Assembly (NCBI GenBank): GCA_041686935.1
Contig: JAWLCW010000005.1
Span: 179,715-243,714, forward strand
Direction of reading: 5' to 3'
Origin: Mariniphaga sp.
GTDB lineage: Bacteria > Bacteroidota > Bacteroidia > Bacteroidales > Prolixibacteraceae
DNA length: 64,000 bases
Position numbers and translations under genes: made by a program. A model generated the notes under the pieces. That model worked only from the letters and a program-made list of their open reading frames with translations. It was not told the DNA's origin and did no database searches. Of this stretch, positions 9,335 through 18,198 are shown one piece after another (position 1 is the first letter of the stretch; each line of letters begins with the position of its first letter).

Positions 9335-10198
9335 TTATCTTGTTACTTCAGGCATAATATTCGCCAGATACTTTAAACTTTCCTCTACCCAGTAATCCGG
9401 GTTTTCCACAAATCCCCCGCTGGCTTCGCTGCCCATTTCAATACCCGCTACACATGGTTCTCCCAATTTTATGCAATTTTCTTCAATTCCAAGCTCAATT
9501 AGTTTATCAATATACGCTTTAAAATCCACAACTCCAGTTCCCAAAATGCTGTTGGTGTGGGCAAACGATTCTGTTTCGCTCAAGTGAACATGAAGCAGAC
9601 GACTTTTCAGTTTTTCCAGTTGTTCAGGCTCCTCCCGCGTTATTACCAGGTGCCCCACATCCACATTCGGATACACATTGGGTAACCCAATATCTTCAAT
9701 TGCTTTTGCCAGCTTGTATGTATTGTTGCAGATAAAATAAACATGAGGGTCGAGTTCAATGCCCACCAGCAGGTTTTTGTCGAGGCACCATTCGGCAAAC
9801 CGTCCAACGTTTTCAACCATGTACAACCACGATTGTTCGGGGGAAGTGCCCAGTTCGTAAAGCCCTCCGCCCCAGCAAACCAGCAGTTGCCGTCCGCCCA
9901 ATTCCATCTGGAAGTCGGCACACGCTTTCATGTAATCGAAAACGGCATCCCGTTTTTTCGGGTCGGGATGGGCAGAATCTTTTGTGGCCACCATCAGCAT
10001 TTGTGTGCTGTGAATGTCATTATCCTTCACAATCCTGACGGCTTCCTTTCTCTGTTCTTTCGTCATCGTAACGGGATTGCCTTTTCTGATTCCGGCGTAT
10101 TCGATATAGCGAAATCCATACTTAACCGCCGATCTCAGCGATTCTTCCGGGCCTTTGTCGCCCACCTCGTAAACCAGTGTATTTAATGCTAATTTCAT
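9335..10198 (-). CDS. Sugar phosphate isomerase/epimerase (xylose-isomerase-like TIM barrel)
   Basis: 287 aa. MKLALNTLVY..., IELDPH, VDVGH and HVHLSE are metal-ligand style motifs of this fold. Confidence 0.7.
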   Translation of the reverse strand: MKLALNTLVYEVGDKGPEESLRSAVKYGFRYIEYAGIRKGNPVTMTKEQRKEAVRIVKDNDIHSTQMLMVATKDSAHPDPKKRDAVFDYMKACADFQMELGGRQLLVCWGGGLYELGTSPEQSWLYMVENVGRFAEWCLDKNLLVGIELDPHVYFICNNTYKLAKAIEDIGLPNVYPNVDVGHLVITREEPEQLEKLKSRLLHVHLSETESFAHTNSILGTGVVDFKAYIDKLIELGIEENCIKLGEPCVAGIEMGSEASGGFVENPDYWVEESLKYLANIMPEVTR

Positions 10199-10215
10199 AC
10201 TTATACTATTTATTC

Positions 10216-11490
10216 CTATTGCGCGTGGTTAAACAGCGCTTTGTTCGGATTCATAAACGACCACATAATTATTGCCAATAATGAAAGGATTGCACATATA
10301 TAAAAGAAAGGCACGTGGCTGTTGGTTGCTGAAAATAAATACGGATAGGCAATGATGGTAACAAATGCACCCAGGTTTCCTGCCATGTTCATGGTGCCGG
10401 AAATTACACCGGCGCGTTCTTTTGAAATGTCGATACAAAATGACCAGGAAGGACTTAATGTCATATCGGCGCCGAAAATGGCAATTGACATGAACAAGAC
10501 AGCTATTACCGGACTTTGAACCATCGTAACCATAACCATACCCAGGGCTGCCAGGGAGAAACCGATAATGGCAGGTACCCGTCTGGAAAGTTTCATGTTT
10601 CCATTACGAGTATAAATGAAATCAACCAGCCAGCCCGAGACCCAATTGCCGAGCGCGCCGGAAAGGAGCGGGAACATGGAATACATGCCGGCCTGAACAA
10701 TATCAACCTGAAACCGGTCGGCAATATAGGGCAGCATCCAGGTCAGGGTGAAATAGAACGTAAAGTTGCTGCATATATACTGGCCCATGGCCAGCCACAT
10801 ATTTCCTGACTTCAGAAGAACCTTTAGCGAAAATGGTGGCAATTCACCAATTGTGGGCTGTTGCCTGTTTTTAACTATAAATTCTTTTTCACTGTCGTTT
10901 ATCCATTTGGAATCCTCCGGTTTATCGCGAAAAACAAAATACCAGAAAACGGCATAAGCCGCACCCACAAGCCCTACAATAATAAAAGACCAGCGCCAGC
11001 CAATTTCTGAAATCATCCAGGCAACCAGCGGTAATGTAAAAGCGGCGCCAATGCGCGACCCCGAGAAATTTATTCCCTGAACGATGCCTCTCTCTTTTAA
11101 GGGAAACCAGTTATAAACTACTTTTGATAAAGCCGGAAATGCGCCTGCCTCACCTGCACCAAAAATAAAACGGACTACCAGCAACTGAATATAATTTCTT
11201 ACCGAAGCCGTAAGGGCAGTACATGCCGACCAGAAAATAATAATGGCTGTAAGCACAAACCGCGGTCCGCGGCGATCGGCAAAATGCCCTGTGGGAGCCT
11301 GAAACAGCGCATAGCCAAGGGTGAACATGGCCATTGCCCATCCAAACTGGATGTCGGTAAGTCCGAGGTCTGCCACCATCGAATTTCTGCCGGCCGAAAT
11401 AGCAGCCCGGTCAATGTAAAGGTTTACAGTATGCAAAAAAGTCAGAAATACAAGAACCGCCCTTGCGGGAATACTGAATCTTTTAGTCAT
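10216..11490 (-). CDS. MFS transporter (anion/sugar-acid type)
   Basis: 424 aa with about 12 hydrophobic segments and the MFS loop motif FADRRGPRF. Confidence 0.8.
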   Translation of the reverse strand: MTKRFSIPARAVLVFLTFLHTVNLYIDRAAISAGRNSMVADLGLTDIQFGWAMAMFTLGYALFQAPTGHFADRRGPRFVLTAIIIFWSACTALTASVRNYIQLLVVRFIFGAGEAGAFPALSKVVYNWFPLKERGIVQGINFSGSRIGAAFTLPLVAWMISEIGWRWSFIIVGLVGAAYAVFWYFVFRDKPEDSKWINDSEKEFIVKNRQQPTIGELPPFSLKVLLKSGNMWLAMGQYICSNFTFYFTLTWMLPYIADRFQVDIVQAGMYSMFPLLSGALGNWVSGWLVDFIYTRNGNMKLSRRVPAIIGFSLAALGMVMVTMVQSPVIAVLFMSIAIFGADMTLSPSWSFCIDISKERAGVISGTMNMAGNLGAFVTIIAYPYLFSATNSHVPFFYICAILSLLAIIMWSFMNPNKALFNHAQ

Positions 11491-11533
11491 TGGTTAAAAT
11501 TTCTGTATGGTATTTCAAAACGATAATGGTTGT

Positions 11534-13015
11534 TTAGTTTCTGCTCGCCCCACCGTATAACCACCACGGATTTTCGTATGAGGGCGTTTCAATGATAATC
11601 TCATTTTCCCCCGATTGGTATTTTGCCCTGGCTTTCACAAGATGCCAATGCTCCGGCATTTCAGTTACCTCGAAATTATATGGGCCATTGGTCAGTTTTT
11701 CGACAACCTTGTTGTTAATCAGCAGGCTTACTTCGTTAATGGCAGGAAATTTACCGGCATTTTCAACTTTAACCGTTACTTTCCCGGGTTCATCCGACCA
11801 TTCCATTACAAGTTTTGGTGTGCCCGGGTATCCTGTAATTTCTGCAAGAAGATCGAAAAAGGCCTGTTTACGTTCTGAGGTGATTTGCCAGTTTACCGGA
11901 ACACTTTGAAATCCCTCGTTGAACAGGGCATTTTCGCTTTCAAGTCTGAAATCGAAAAATCCCCACGAGGCGTAGTTTTGCACGGCAGTAACCATGGTGT
12001 TTCCGTATTCTTCCCATCCCTGCGCATCGACCCGCCAGGGCTGGTCGTCTTCGTTATTTACAATGGGCACATTGTTGTAAACCTCCATTTCCCGCACCTG
12101 TTTTATCATTTCTTCCATTCTTTCCGGATCTCTTACACCGTTGCCGTGAAGTAAAACATAATCGGAAACCTCTACTATATTGGAAGGAGGAACCGCGCCG
12201 CCGCCAAGCGATGTGCTGATATAAAGTGAACGGCCATCTTTTTCAATGGCTTTGGCAATTTCGATGAGTTCATGCACACGATCGCAAACCAAAATTGCAT
12301 GATCGTATGCCCGAACATTACATTCATTGTTGATTTCAATGATTACGTTGGTGTATCCTTTGTCAAGTATCCATTGGGTGGCGTTCACCACAGCTTTTTT
12401 AATGGCTTCCTCATCCACAAGGTTTTCATCCTGGCCAAAGTAGTAATATCCTACAATGGGAACCATACCCAGTTCATCGGCTTTGTCGAGAATCAGTTCA
12501 AGGCGGTTCATAAACCCTTCCCGCAGCGAACCATCGGGCGCAAATGCCGAATTGTCCCAGGGTTGATTGCGGCAGTAGCCATAGGGGCAACCCCCTTGCA
12601 GGTTTATGGTAAAACTTAATAAACCATGTTCGAGCCAGGCAGGCATTGCTTCTATAAATTCCCGTGTGTTGCGGTCGGGGTCCCATTGTTTGGTATCGGG
12701 ATAGGCCCACTGTCCTCTGGTCTGAGGGTTCAAATCATCAAAAATTCCCTGAACCATTCTGGAATTCATTAAGAGGCCCTCTACCGGAAACGATTCTCCT
12801 TTGGAAGTTGTCCACGATCGTCCCTGGTAGGTTGGCACGCCGTTAATATAAAATTGGTCGCCAACTATGGTCACTTCGGTTTTTCGCTTTGTCGGCTTTT
12901 CCTGCTCTGCCTGAGGTTTTGCACAGGCTCCCAAAAAGATAAAAAGAAACGTGAACAAGGTAGGAAAGAAGATAACATTTGTGTTGAACTGAGTCTGCTG
13001 ATTTTTATTTTTCAT
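11534..13015 (-). CDS. Putative exported glycoside hydrolase (clan GH-A-like TIM barrel) with a C-terminal beta-sandwich
   Basis: 493 aa with a signal or lipoprotein N-terminus. The NNECN (IIEINNECNV) block resembles the acid/base NE motif of clan A hydrolases. The family is uncertain. Confidence 0.4.
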   Translation of the reverse strand: MKNKNQQTQFNTNVIFFPTLFTFLFIFLGACAKPQAEQEKPTKRKTEVTIVGDQFYINGVPTYQGRSWTTSKGESFPVEGLLMNSRMVQGIFDDLNPQTRGQWAYPDTKQWDPDRNTREFIEAMPAWLEHGLLSFTINLQGGCPYGYCRNQPWDNSAFAPDGSLREGFMNRLELILDKADELGMVPIVGYYYFGQDENLVDEEAIKKAVVNATQWILDKGYTNVIIEINNECNVRAYDHAILVCDRVHELIEIAKAIEKDGRSLYISTSLGGGAVPPSNIVEVSDYVLLHGNGVRDPERMEEMIKQVREMEVYNNVPIVNNEDDQPWRVDAQGWEEYGNTMVTAVQNYASWGFFDFRLESENALFNEGFQSVPVNWQITSERKQAFFDLLAEITGYPGTPKLVMEWSDEPGKVTVKVENAGKFPAINEVSLLINNKVVEKLTNGPYNFEVTEMPEHWHLVKARAKYQSGENEIIIETPSYENPWWLYGGASRN

Positions 13016-13100
13016 GGATAAATATTTATTGATGAAAATAATGCTTTAAAAAATATCACCTAATCTGCTTTAAATGGTTTTTTCAGTATTGACAGGAATT

Positions 13101-13739
13101 TTATTCAGGTTGAATGTAATTTTTTGTGAGAGCGAACCGGTCGAAACGGAATCCGTCTTCGCGCATGCTGAATGAAATGGTGTGCTGTCCGGTGGAAGGA
13201 ACATCGAGATAAATTAGGCGTTCAACTCCGCAATGCACTTCGTTGGTCCGTTGTTTACTCGCCCATGTCCACTGGTTTTTGCCATCGCACCACTGCATGC
13301 GGGCTCCGCTTTCAGGCCACTGTTTGTTAATTCCAACATGCAGCCCGTTATCTTCACTTCCGGTTGAGAATGCGCTTACCCACACATAGTATTTTCCGGG
13401 ATTTTCGAAATAAACGGGATAATCGAGAATGGCCATTTTCCCCGGCTCGTTGGTGAAGTTTTCCCCCTGAATCAGCTTGTCATCATGGGTAACCCGGGTG
13501 TCGGGCAACAACATCAGGTATTTCCCGCTGCTGGCTGAAGAGGAATAGTTTTTATTAAATCCCTGGATATTTTCTGAAAATCCGGAATCAATAATGTACC
13601 ATTTTCTAATTTCGTCCTCACTTTGCGAAACATAATGCTCTGCTTCAATCATTACAAAACCATTTTTTTCGCGATGTTGATTTTGATTATTGCATGAAAA
13701 TGCCAAAGGAATCAAAAAAAGAAACAACCATTTTTTCAT
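13101..13739 (-). CDS. Lipoprotein with a carbohydrate-binding-module-like domain
   Basis: 212 aa with the lipobox LAFSC. The IEAEHY start and beta-rich composition resemble CBM-type domains. This is a weak call. Confidence 0.35.
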   Translation of the reverse strand: MKKWLFLFLIPLAFSCNNQNQHREKNGFVMIEAEHYVSQSEDEIRKWYIIDSGFSENIQGFNKNYSSSASSGKYLMLLPDTRVTHDDKLIQGENFTNEPGKMAILDYPVYFENPGKYYVWVSAFSTGSEDNGLHVGINKQWPESGARMQWCDGKNQWTWASKQRTNEVHCGVERLIYLDVPSTGQHTISFSMREDGFRFDRFALTKNYIQPE

Positions 13740-13794
13740 AGACTTTTGAAGTTTAATTTGGATTATGTATTAGTTGAAGTGCATTCGATATAAA

Positions 13795-15078
13795 TTACCT
13801 GTTAAAAAGCTGTTTGTTTGCCCATTCGATGTATTGCTCCCATTCGTAGGCCGTTACGCCATAACCGCCCGGACGTATGTGATAACCTAAAGTATTCAGA
13901 ACAGGTTGTCTGATTCCCGGCATTTCATCCGAAGACATTCCCGTTTTACCGTACAATTCATACACCGGTGTTGCATAATAGGCTGAAAGAAATTCACCAC
14001 GCGGGTCGGCCCAGAGGTCTTCTTCGGCGCTGGCCACATAAATGGGACGGGGGGCTATGAGCGCAAGCAATTGATGCTGATCCACAGGAAGGGCTTTCTC
14101 ATTTTGGTTGTAGCTCATAAAATTGCGGGCAAACCAGTGCGGAAATACATTGTTGATGCGGGCCACCGTTTCGCCGAACCGGCGTTTGGAAAGCGCTGCG
14201 CCACCACAGCCTGAGTTGTTTGAAATAACAGCCGCAAAACGTTCATCGGTTGCGCCGGCCCACAGAGATGTTTTTCCCAGCCGCGAATGGCCGAAAACAA
14301 TCACTTTCGAGGCATCCACATCTTCGTCCTGGTCCAGGTAATCCATCGCTCGGCTCAAACCCCAGGCCCAGGCAGCAATGGAGCCCCACTCGGCAGCTCC
14401 CGGACGTTGCTGGTTGTCCACATAAAAAAACGGATGGATGCCATCGGTAAAATCGTCTTTGTCGGGGTCAATCTCGCCGTAATAAATAGTAGCCAGCCCG
14501 TATCCGGCATCGATAATTTTTTCCACCTGCCAGCTCTCTTTACTCACGCCTCTCGACTTTTCGGTAAGCTGATTGTTTGAAATTCCGTACGATTCATTGT
14601 CGCGTGCCCATGCATCTGATATGCGGATGTTTACGTCGTTGCAAACCGTGTGGTTGCCGTAAAAGTTGTATCCCAGAAACAACGGGGCTTTTTCCACATT
14701 TTTCGGCAGATATATTAGTACATTGAAAAAAAGCGTTTTTCCGTTTTTGTTGAATACAATGTCCACCTGTTTCCGCCGGGCTTTTCCGTTCAGGGCATTG
14801 GCATTTTCTTCAACCACTTCCCACTTGGAAATTTCCAGTTTGCCCGGTACCTTTCCATAAACATTGTTGGTGAAAAATTCAAGCAATTCCGGCCGGCGAA
14901 TTCTTTCCCAGCGCCGGGAATTTTTTATTTTCCGGCCATTAAACGATGTCAGCGGATCAGGAATTACAAATTCAGGAACTTTGCTTTCATCGTAATTGGG
15001 TTTAAACTCAAACCAGTTTTGACTGTAAATAGAAGGGGAGACGAATAAAAAAATGAGTAAGAATACTGTTTTAAACAT
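13795..15078 (-). CDS. Glucuronoyl-esterase-like (CE15-like) serine esterase
   Basis: 427 aa with a signal peptide. The block GHSRLGKTSLWAGATDERFAAVISNNSGCGG resembles the CE15 G-x-S-R-x-G nucleophile region. Confidence 0.6.
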   Translation of the reverse strand: MFKTVFLLIFLFVSPSIYSQNWFEFKPNYDESKVPEFVIPDPLTSFNGRKIKNSRRWERIRRPELLEFFTNNVYGKVPGKLEISKWEVVEENANALNGKARRKQVDIVFNKNGKTLFFNVLIYLPKNVEKAPLFLGYNFYGNHTVCNDVNIRISDAWARDNESYGISNNQLTEKSRGVSKESWQVEKIIDAGYGLATIYYGEIDPDKDDFTDGIHPFFYVDNQQRPGAAEWGSIAAWAWGLSRAMDYLDQDEDVDASKVIVFGHSRLGKTSLWAGATDERFAAVISNNSGCGGAALSKRRFGETVARINNVFPHWFARNFMSYNQNEKALPVDQHQLLALIAPRPIYVASAEEDLWADPRGEFLSAYYATPVYELYGKTGMSSDEMPGIRQPVLNTLGYHIRPGGYGVTAYEWEQYIEWANKQLFNR

Positions 15079-15083
15079 GGTTT

Positions 15084-15716
15084 TTAATTTTTAAAATTAA
15101 TACCGATAAGTTTTTTCGATTTACGCAAATGATTTTTCAGTTCTTTTTCTGCCAGTTCAGCATTGCCGGCTTCAATGGCATTTAATATGGCCAGATGGTC
15201 GGGCAACGTTTCTTCCGGTTCCCGCACCAGACCCATTTGTTCAACACGTGCCTGTAAAAGTGAATGACTGTAAAGTTTTTGCAACATTTTGTTTTGTGAA
15301 AATTCCAGTAAAAGGGCGTGAAAACGGTCGTCTGCTTTCCTGTACTTTTCAACATCAATGCGGGCGCCTTCGGTAAATGGTTTCCAGATGGACTTTAACT
15401 GCCGGAGTTGTTTTTCATTTCTCCGTTCTGCAACCAGTCGTACGGCAACGGTTTCAATACCTTCACGTACATCGTAAATATCGCGCATTTCATCGATGGA
15501 AAGTTTTTTAACGAACATACCCCGGCGCGGAATGCTTTCCACCAGAAAATCGTATTCAAGCATTTGCAATGCTTTTAAAAGGGGAGTCCGGCTAACGCCC
15601 AGCCGGGCAGCCAGCTTTTCCTGAAGGAGTTTTTCTCCGGGTTTCAGCTCGTTTTCAATTATCATTTCTTTGAGCTTATTGTAAACCGGAATACTTAAAT
15701 CGGAATGTTGAATCAT
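15084..15716 (-). CDS. GntR family (FadR/FCD subfamily) transcriptional regulator
   Basis: 210 aa. It has an N-terminal winged HTH (LQEKLAARLGVSRTPLLKALQMLE) and a helical FCD-like C-terminus. Confidence 0.85.
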   Translation of the reverse strand: MIQHSDLSIPVYNKLKEMIIENELKPGEKLLQEKLAARLGVSRTPLLKALQMLEYDFLVESIPRRGMFVKKLSIDEMRDIYDVREGIETVAVRLVAERRNEKQLRQLKSIWKPFTEGARIDVEKYRKADDRFHALLLEFSQNKMLQKLYSHSLLQARVEQMGLVREPEETLPDHLAILNAIEAGNAELAEKELKNHLRKSKKLIGINFKN

Positions 15717-15864
15717 GCATCAAAATTTCCGGCAATATAAGATATTGTATTTTGAATACAAAATTCAGAAAGAAAAAAAACAGGTGTAGATTAGTAAAGT
15801 TTACTGAATTGTATCTGGCAAATTAAATTGAATAGGCAGGCCAGGGGAACAGACCCCCTCCGTT

Positions 15865-15913
15865 CAGATAAATCTGGCCTCGTCCCCCTGTGGCACTAAC
15901 GCCACAAGGGGAC
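15865..15913. repeat. REP-like double-hairpin element (copy 1)
   Basis: CAGATAAATCTG is followed by GTCCCCCTGTGGC-ACTAAC-GCCACAAGGGGAC, a 13-bp stem with one mismatch. It shares GATAAATCNGG...GTCCCCCT...AGGGGACAAAG with the copy at 17547-17585. Confidence 0.6.
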
Positions 15914-15972
15914 AAAGCTTTGATGAAACACAGGTTGTAATTTGAAGCGTATTACCCATTAGTCAATATAAC

Positions 15973-17115
15973 TTAGTATTTCTGCAGCAAAGCCAGAAGC
16001 TTTCGGTCAAGTTTGTGGCCGTGCCAGTCTTCGTATTCAATGTCAGTCCGGCCGGAGTCCATAATACCGAAATCGCCGCGGAAATTCCATAAAGCATAAC
16101 CAATCCCGCGCTCTGTCAGCACATCGAGCACATCGCCAAACCAGGCCAGGAAAACGTCGTGCGGGGTTTCCCTGTAACATCCGCACTCTCCGCAATGCAC
16201 CCCAACGCCCTTGTTTACAGCGTCAATCCAGGGAGCATAGAATTCTTCCAGGTTTTTCCGGCTGAAATGCCTTTCATCTATTTCGCCCGGCCACACCGGA
16301 GTGGGTGCATCATCCGGGTTTTTAAAAACCCACGATGCCCGGTAATGCGAAATATAGTGCGGGTAATATCCCCGGCAGCTTTGGCCGATGTCGAGGTCGA
16401 AAATTTCGGGAATAACATCGCTCCCCACGTTGTTCCCGTCGGCAATCACCATGTGGTTCGGATTATGCTGTTTGATTACCTCCATTGATTTTTTGGCCAC
16501 CTCGCGGTAAAGTTGTCCGGGAATGGATCCCCTGCGCGAATGCTGGTCGTTCATGTCTTCGCGGGTGCAGGGTTCGTTCACCAAGTCGAAACTGATTTTA
16601 TCGGAAGAATAGTTCTTAAACCGTTTGGCCCACATACTCCAGTGTTCGTAAAAAGCGTCCTGCGCTTCCTTGTCCTGCCAGAGGTTGTAGGGTTCGTTAA
16701 ACCCCGCATTCACACAAAAACCCGGTGCGCGGTGCAGGTTCAGACTCATGTGTAATCCATACTTGTTGGCCCTGTCCACCAGCGTCTGGATGTTGTCCAT
16801 CTCTTTTTCGTTGAAGTTCAGCACTTCGTCGGGTGTAATGTCTTTCGACGGGTCGAACGTTACATAGCGCGGATAGGCCATGGGAAGCCGCACAAAATCG
16901 AAGCCCCAGTCGGCCATCCATTTTAAATCATTGTCGGTGGTATTTGAACGGCTTCCACCTCCCCGGGGCGAGAAATAATCGAGCAGGTTAAAACCTTTCC
17001 AGCGGGGAAGTTTGTTTTTTGTGGTATTCAGGAGGTTTCCGGCTGTTGCCGTTCCTGCCAGTCCGGTACCGGCAGCCACCAGTCCGGTGGTTTTAATAAA
17101 ATTTCTTCGTTTCAT
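15973..17115 (-). CDS. Glycoside hydrolase family 5 (cellulase/mannanase-like) with Tat signal
   Basis: 380 aa. The Tat-like signal is MKRRNFIKTTGLVAAGTG. The GH5 acid/base motif is DLVNEP and a later GECG block is present. Confidence 0.8.
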   Translation of the reverse strand: MKRRNFIKTTGLVAAGTGLAGTATAGNLLNTTKNKLPRWKGFNLLDYFSPRGGGSRSNTTDNDLKWMADWGFDFVRLPMAYPRYVTFDPSKDITPDEVLNFNEKEMDNIQTLVDRANKYGLHMSLNLHRAPGFCVNAGFNEPYNLWQDKEAQDAFYEHWSMWAKRFKNYSSDKISFDLVNEPCTREDMNDQHSRRGSIPGQLYREVAKKSMEVIKQHNPNHMVIADGNNVGSDVIPEIFDLDIGQSCRGYYPHYISHYRASWVFKNPDDAPTPVWPGEIDERHFSRKNLEEFYAPWIDAVNKGVGVHCGECGCYRETPHDVFLAWFGDVLDVLTERGIGYALWNFRGDFGIMDSGRTDIEYEDWHGHKLDRKLLALLQKY

Positions 17116-17280
17116 TATAAAAAGGCTTTTTGTTGGTTTGCCCTAAAGATATTTAAATTCGGAAGAATTCAATAAAAATCAAATATCAAATTTATAGAAC
17201 CAATTATCAAATAAACCACAAATCCGGAAATTCAAAATTACAAACAGGGTGAGGCATTTGGGAAATTAATTCATTATTCA

Positions 17281-17315
17281 ATGGTCAATGGTCATTGGTC
17301 ATTAGTCACTGTTCA
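17281..17315. repeat. 7-bp tandem repeat (TGGTCA-type), 5 degenerate units
   Basis: The units are ATGGTCA ATGGTCA TTGGTCA TTAGTCA CTGTTCA. Confidence 0.7.
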
Positions 17316-17400
17316 TCTGCCATTGGGTAAATGGATGAATGTGGAAATTGAAAAATTTGAAGAATGGTGAAATGGTTGGGGAGTTGGTCAGATGTGGCGG

Positions 17401-17436
17401 GTTGTCATTGTTGTCATTGTTGTTATTGTTGTCGTT
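17401..17436. repeat. 9-bp tandem repeat GTTGTCATT, 4 degenerate units
   Basis: The units are GTTGTCATT GTTGTCATT GTTGTTATT GTTGTCGTT. The repeat decays further downstream. Confidence 0.75.
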
Positions 17437-17519
17437 GTTCTCGGGTTATCGTTGTTGGGTGCACTGTACATCTAATCATGGTTTCCCACTTAGTGCTTCC
17501 CGCTTTCGGCATCTGGCTT

Positions 17520-17644
17520 CGGCCACCTGTCATTGAAACCCCCTGACCCGATAAATCGGGTCTTGTCCCCCTTATAAAAGGGGACAAAGGGTGCAAGTAA
17601 GTTACGGTTTCGGTTATCGGACTCCGGCCACCAGTCATTGAAAC
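17520..17644. repeat. 20-nt direct repeats flanking REP-like hairpins (copy 2 of the element)
   Basis: CGGCCACCTGTCATTGAAAC (17520-17539) and CGGCCACCAGTCATTGAAAC (17625-17644) bracket the hairpins CCCGATAAATCGGG (17547-17560) and GTCCCCCTTATAAAAGGGGAC (17565-17585). Confidence 0.65.
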
Positions 17645-17664
17645 TCGCTGAGAATTTCCGGCAC

Positions 17665-18159
17665 TTATTTTACTTTGTCGAAATAGAGCGTACCATCGCT
17701 TGTTCCGCCGGAGTAGCTCGTTGAATAGTCCATTTTCAGGGTTTTTCCGTCATTTTCAACCGACCATGTTTCCTTTGTTTTCAGGTCGTCTGCACCGCCG
17801 TTTCCGTAGAATGTTGTGGTTGATTCAAATGCAATTGATTTATTGCTTTCCGACAGGGAAGCCTTTGCTTTTCTGGGCATATCGTAAATCGTGATTTTTG
17901 ATTCTGCACCTTTGAGTGAAAGGTTTTCCTGGAACGGATACGCCTCTCCGTATCCATTTTCATAAACCCGGTTGGTGAAAAGGCTGTCGTTTTTCTGTAA
18001 AACCGTCATTTTCGAAAGAAAAAGCTGGTCGTTTTGAGCGGTTGATTTTTCCTTGTTCAATTTCCATTTTCCTGAGAAAACGGGCGATTGCCCTAAAGCT
18101 GGTTTAAAAGAGATGAAAAAGAAAACCACGCTTAATACTACTAACGTTTTTGTTTTCAT
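17665..18159 (-). CDS. Hypothetical secreted protein
   Basis: 164 aa with an N-terminal signal peptide (LVVLSVVFFFISFKPALG) and beta-rich composition. I recognised no motif. Confidence 0.4.
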   Translation of the reverse strand: MKTKTLVVLSVVFFFISFKPALGQSPVFSGKWKLNKEKSTAQNDQLFLSKMTVLQKNDSLFTNRVYENGYGEAYPFQENLSLKGAESKITIYDMPRKAKASLSESNKSIAFESTTTFYGNGGADDLKTKETWSVENDGKTLKMDYSTSYSGGTSDGTLYFDKVK

Positions 18160-18198
18160 AATAATGGATTTAAATGTTGATAATAAAATTGGACTTAA

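Noticed and set aside
17339-17546. Cys/His-rich ORFs (e.g. ...VAGCHCCHCCYCCRCS...) that superficially resemble a metal-binding or RiPP-like peptide
   Set aside because: They are direct translations of the 9-bp tandem repeat GTTGTCATT and its degenerate flanks. Overlapping ORFs occur in several frames and on both strands, and there is no plausible start context.
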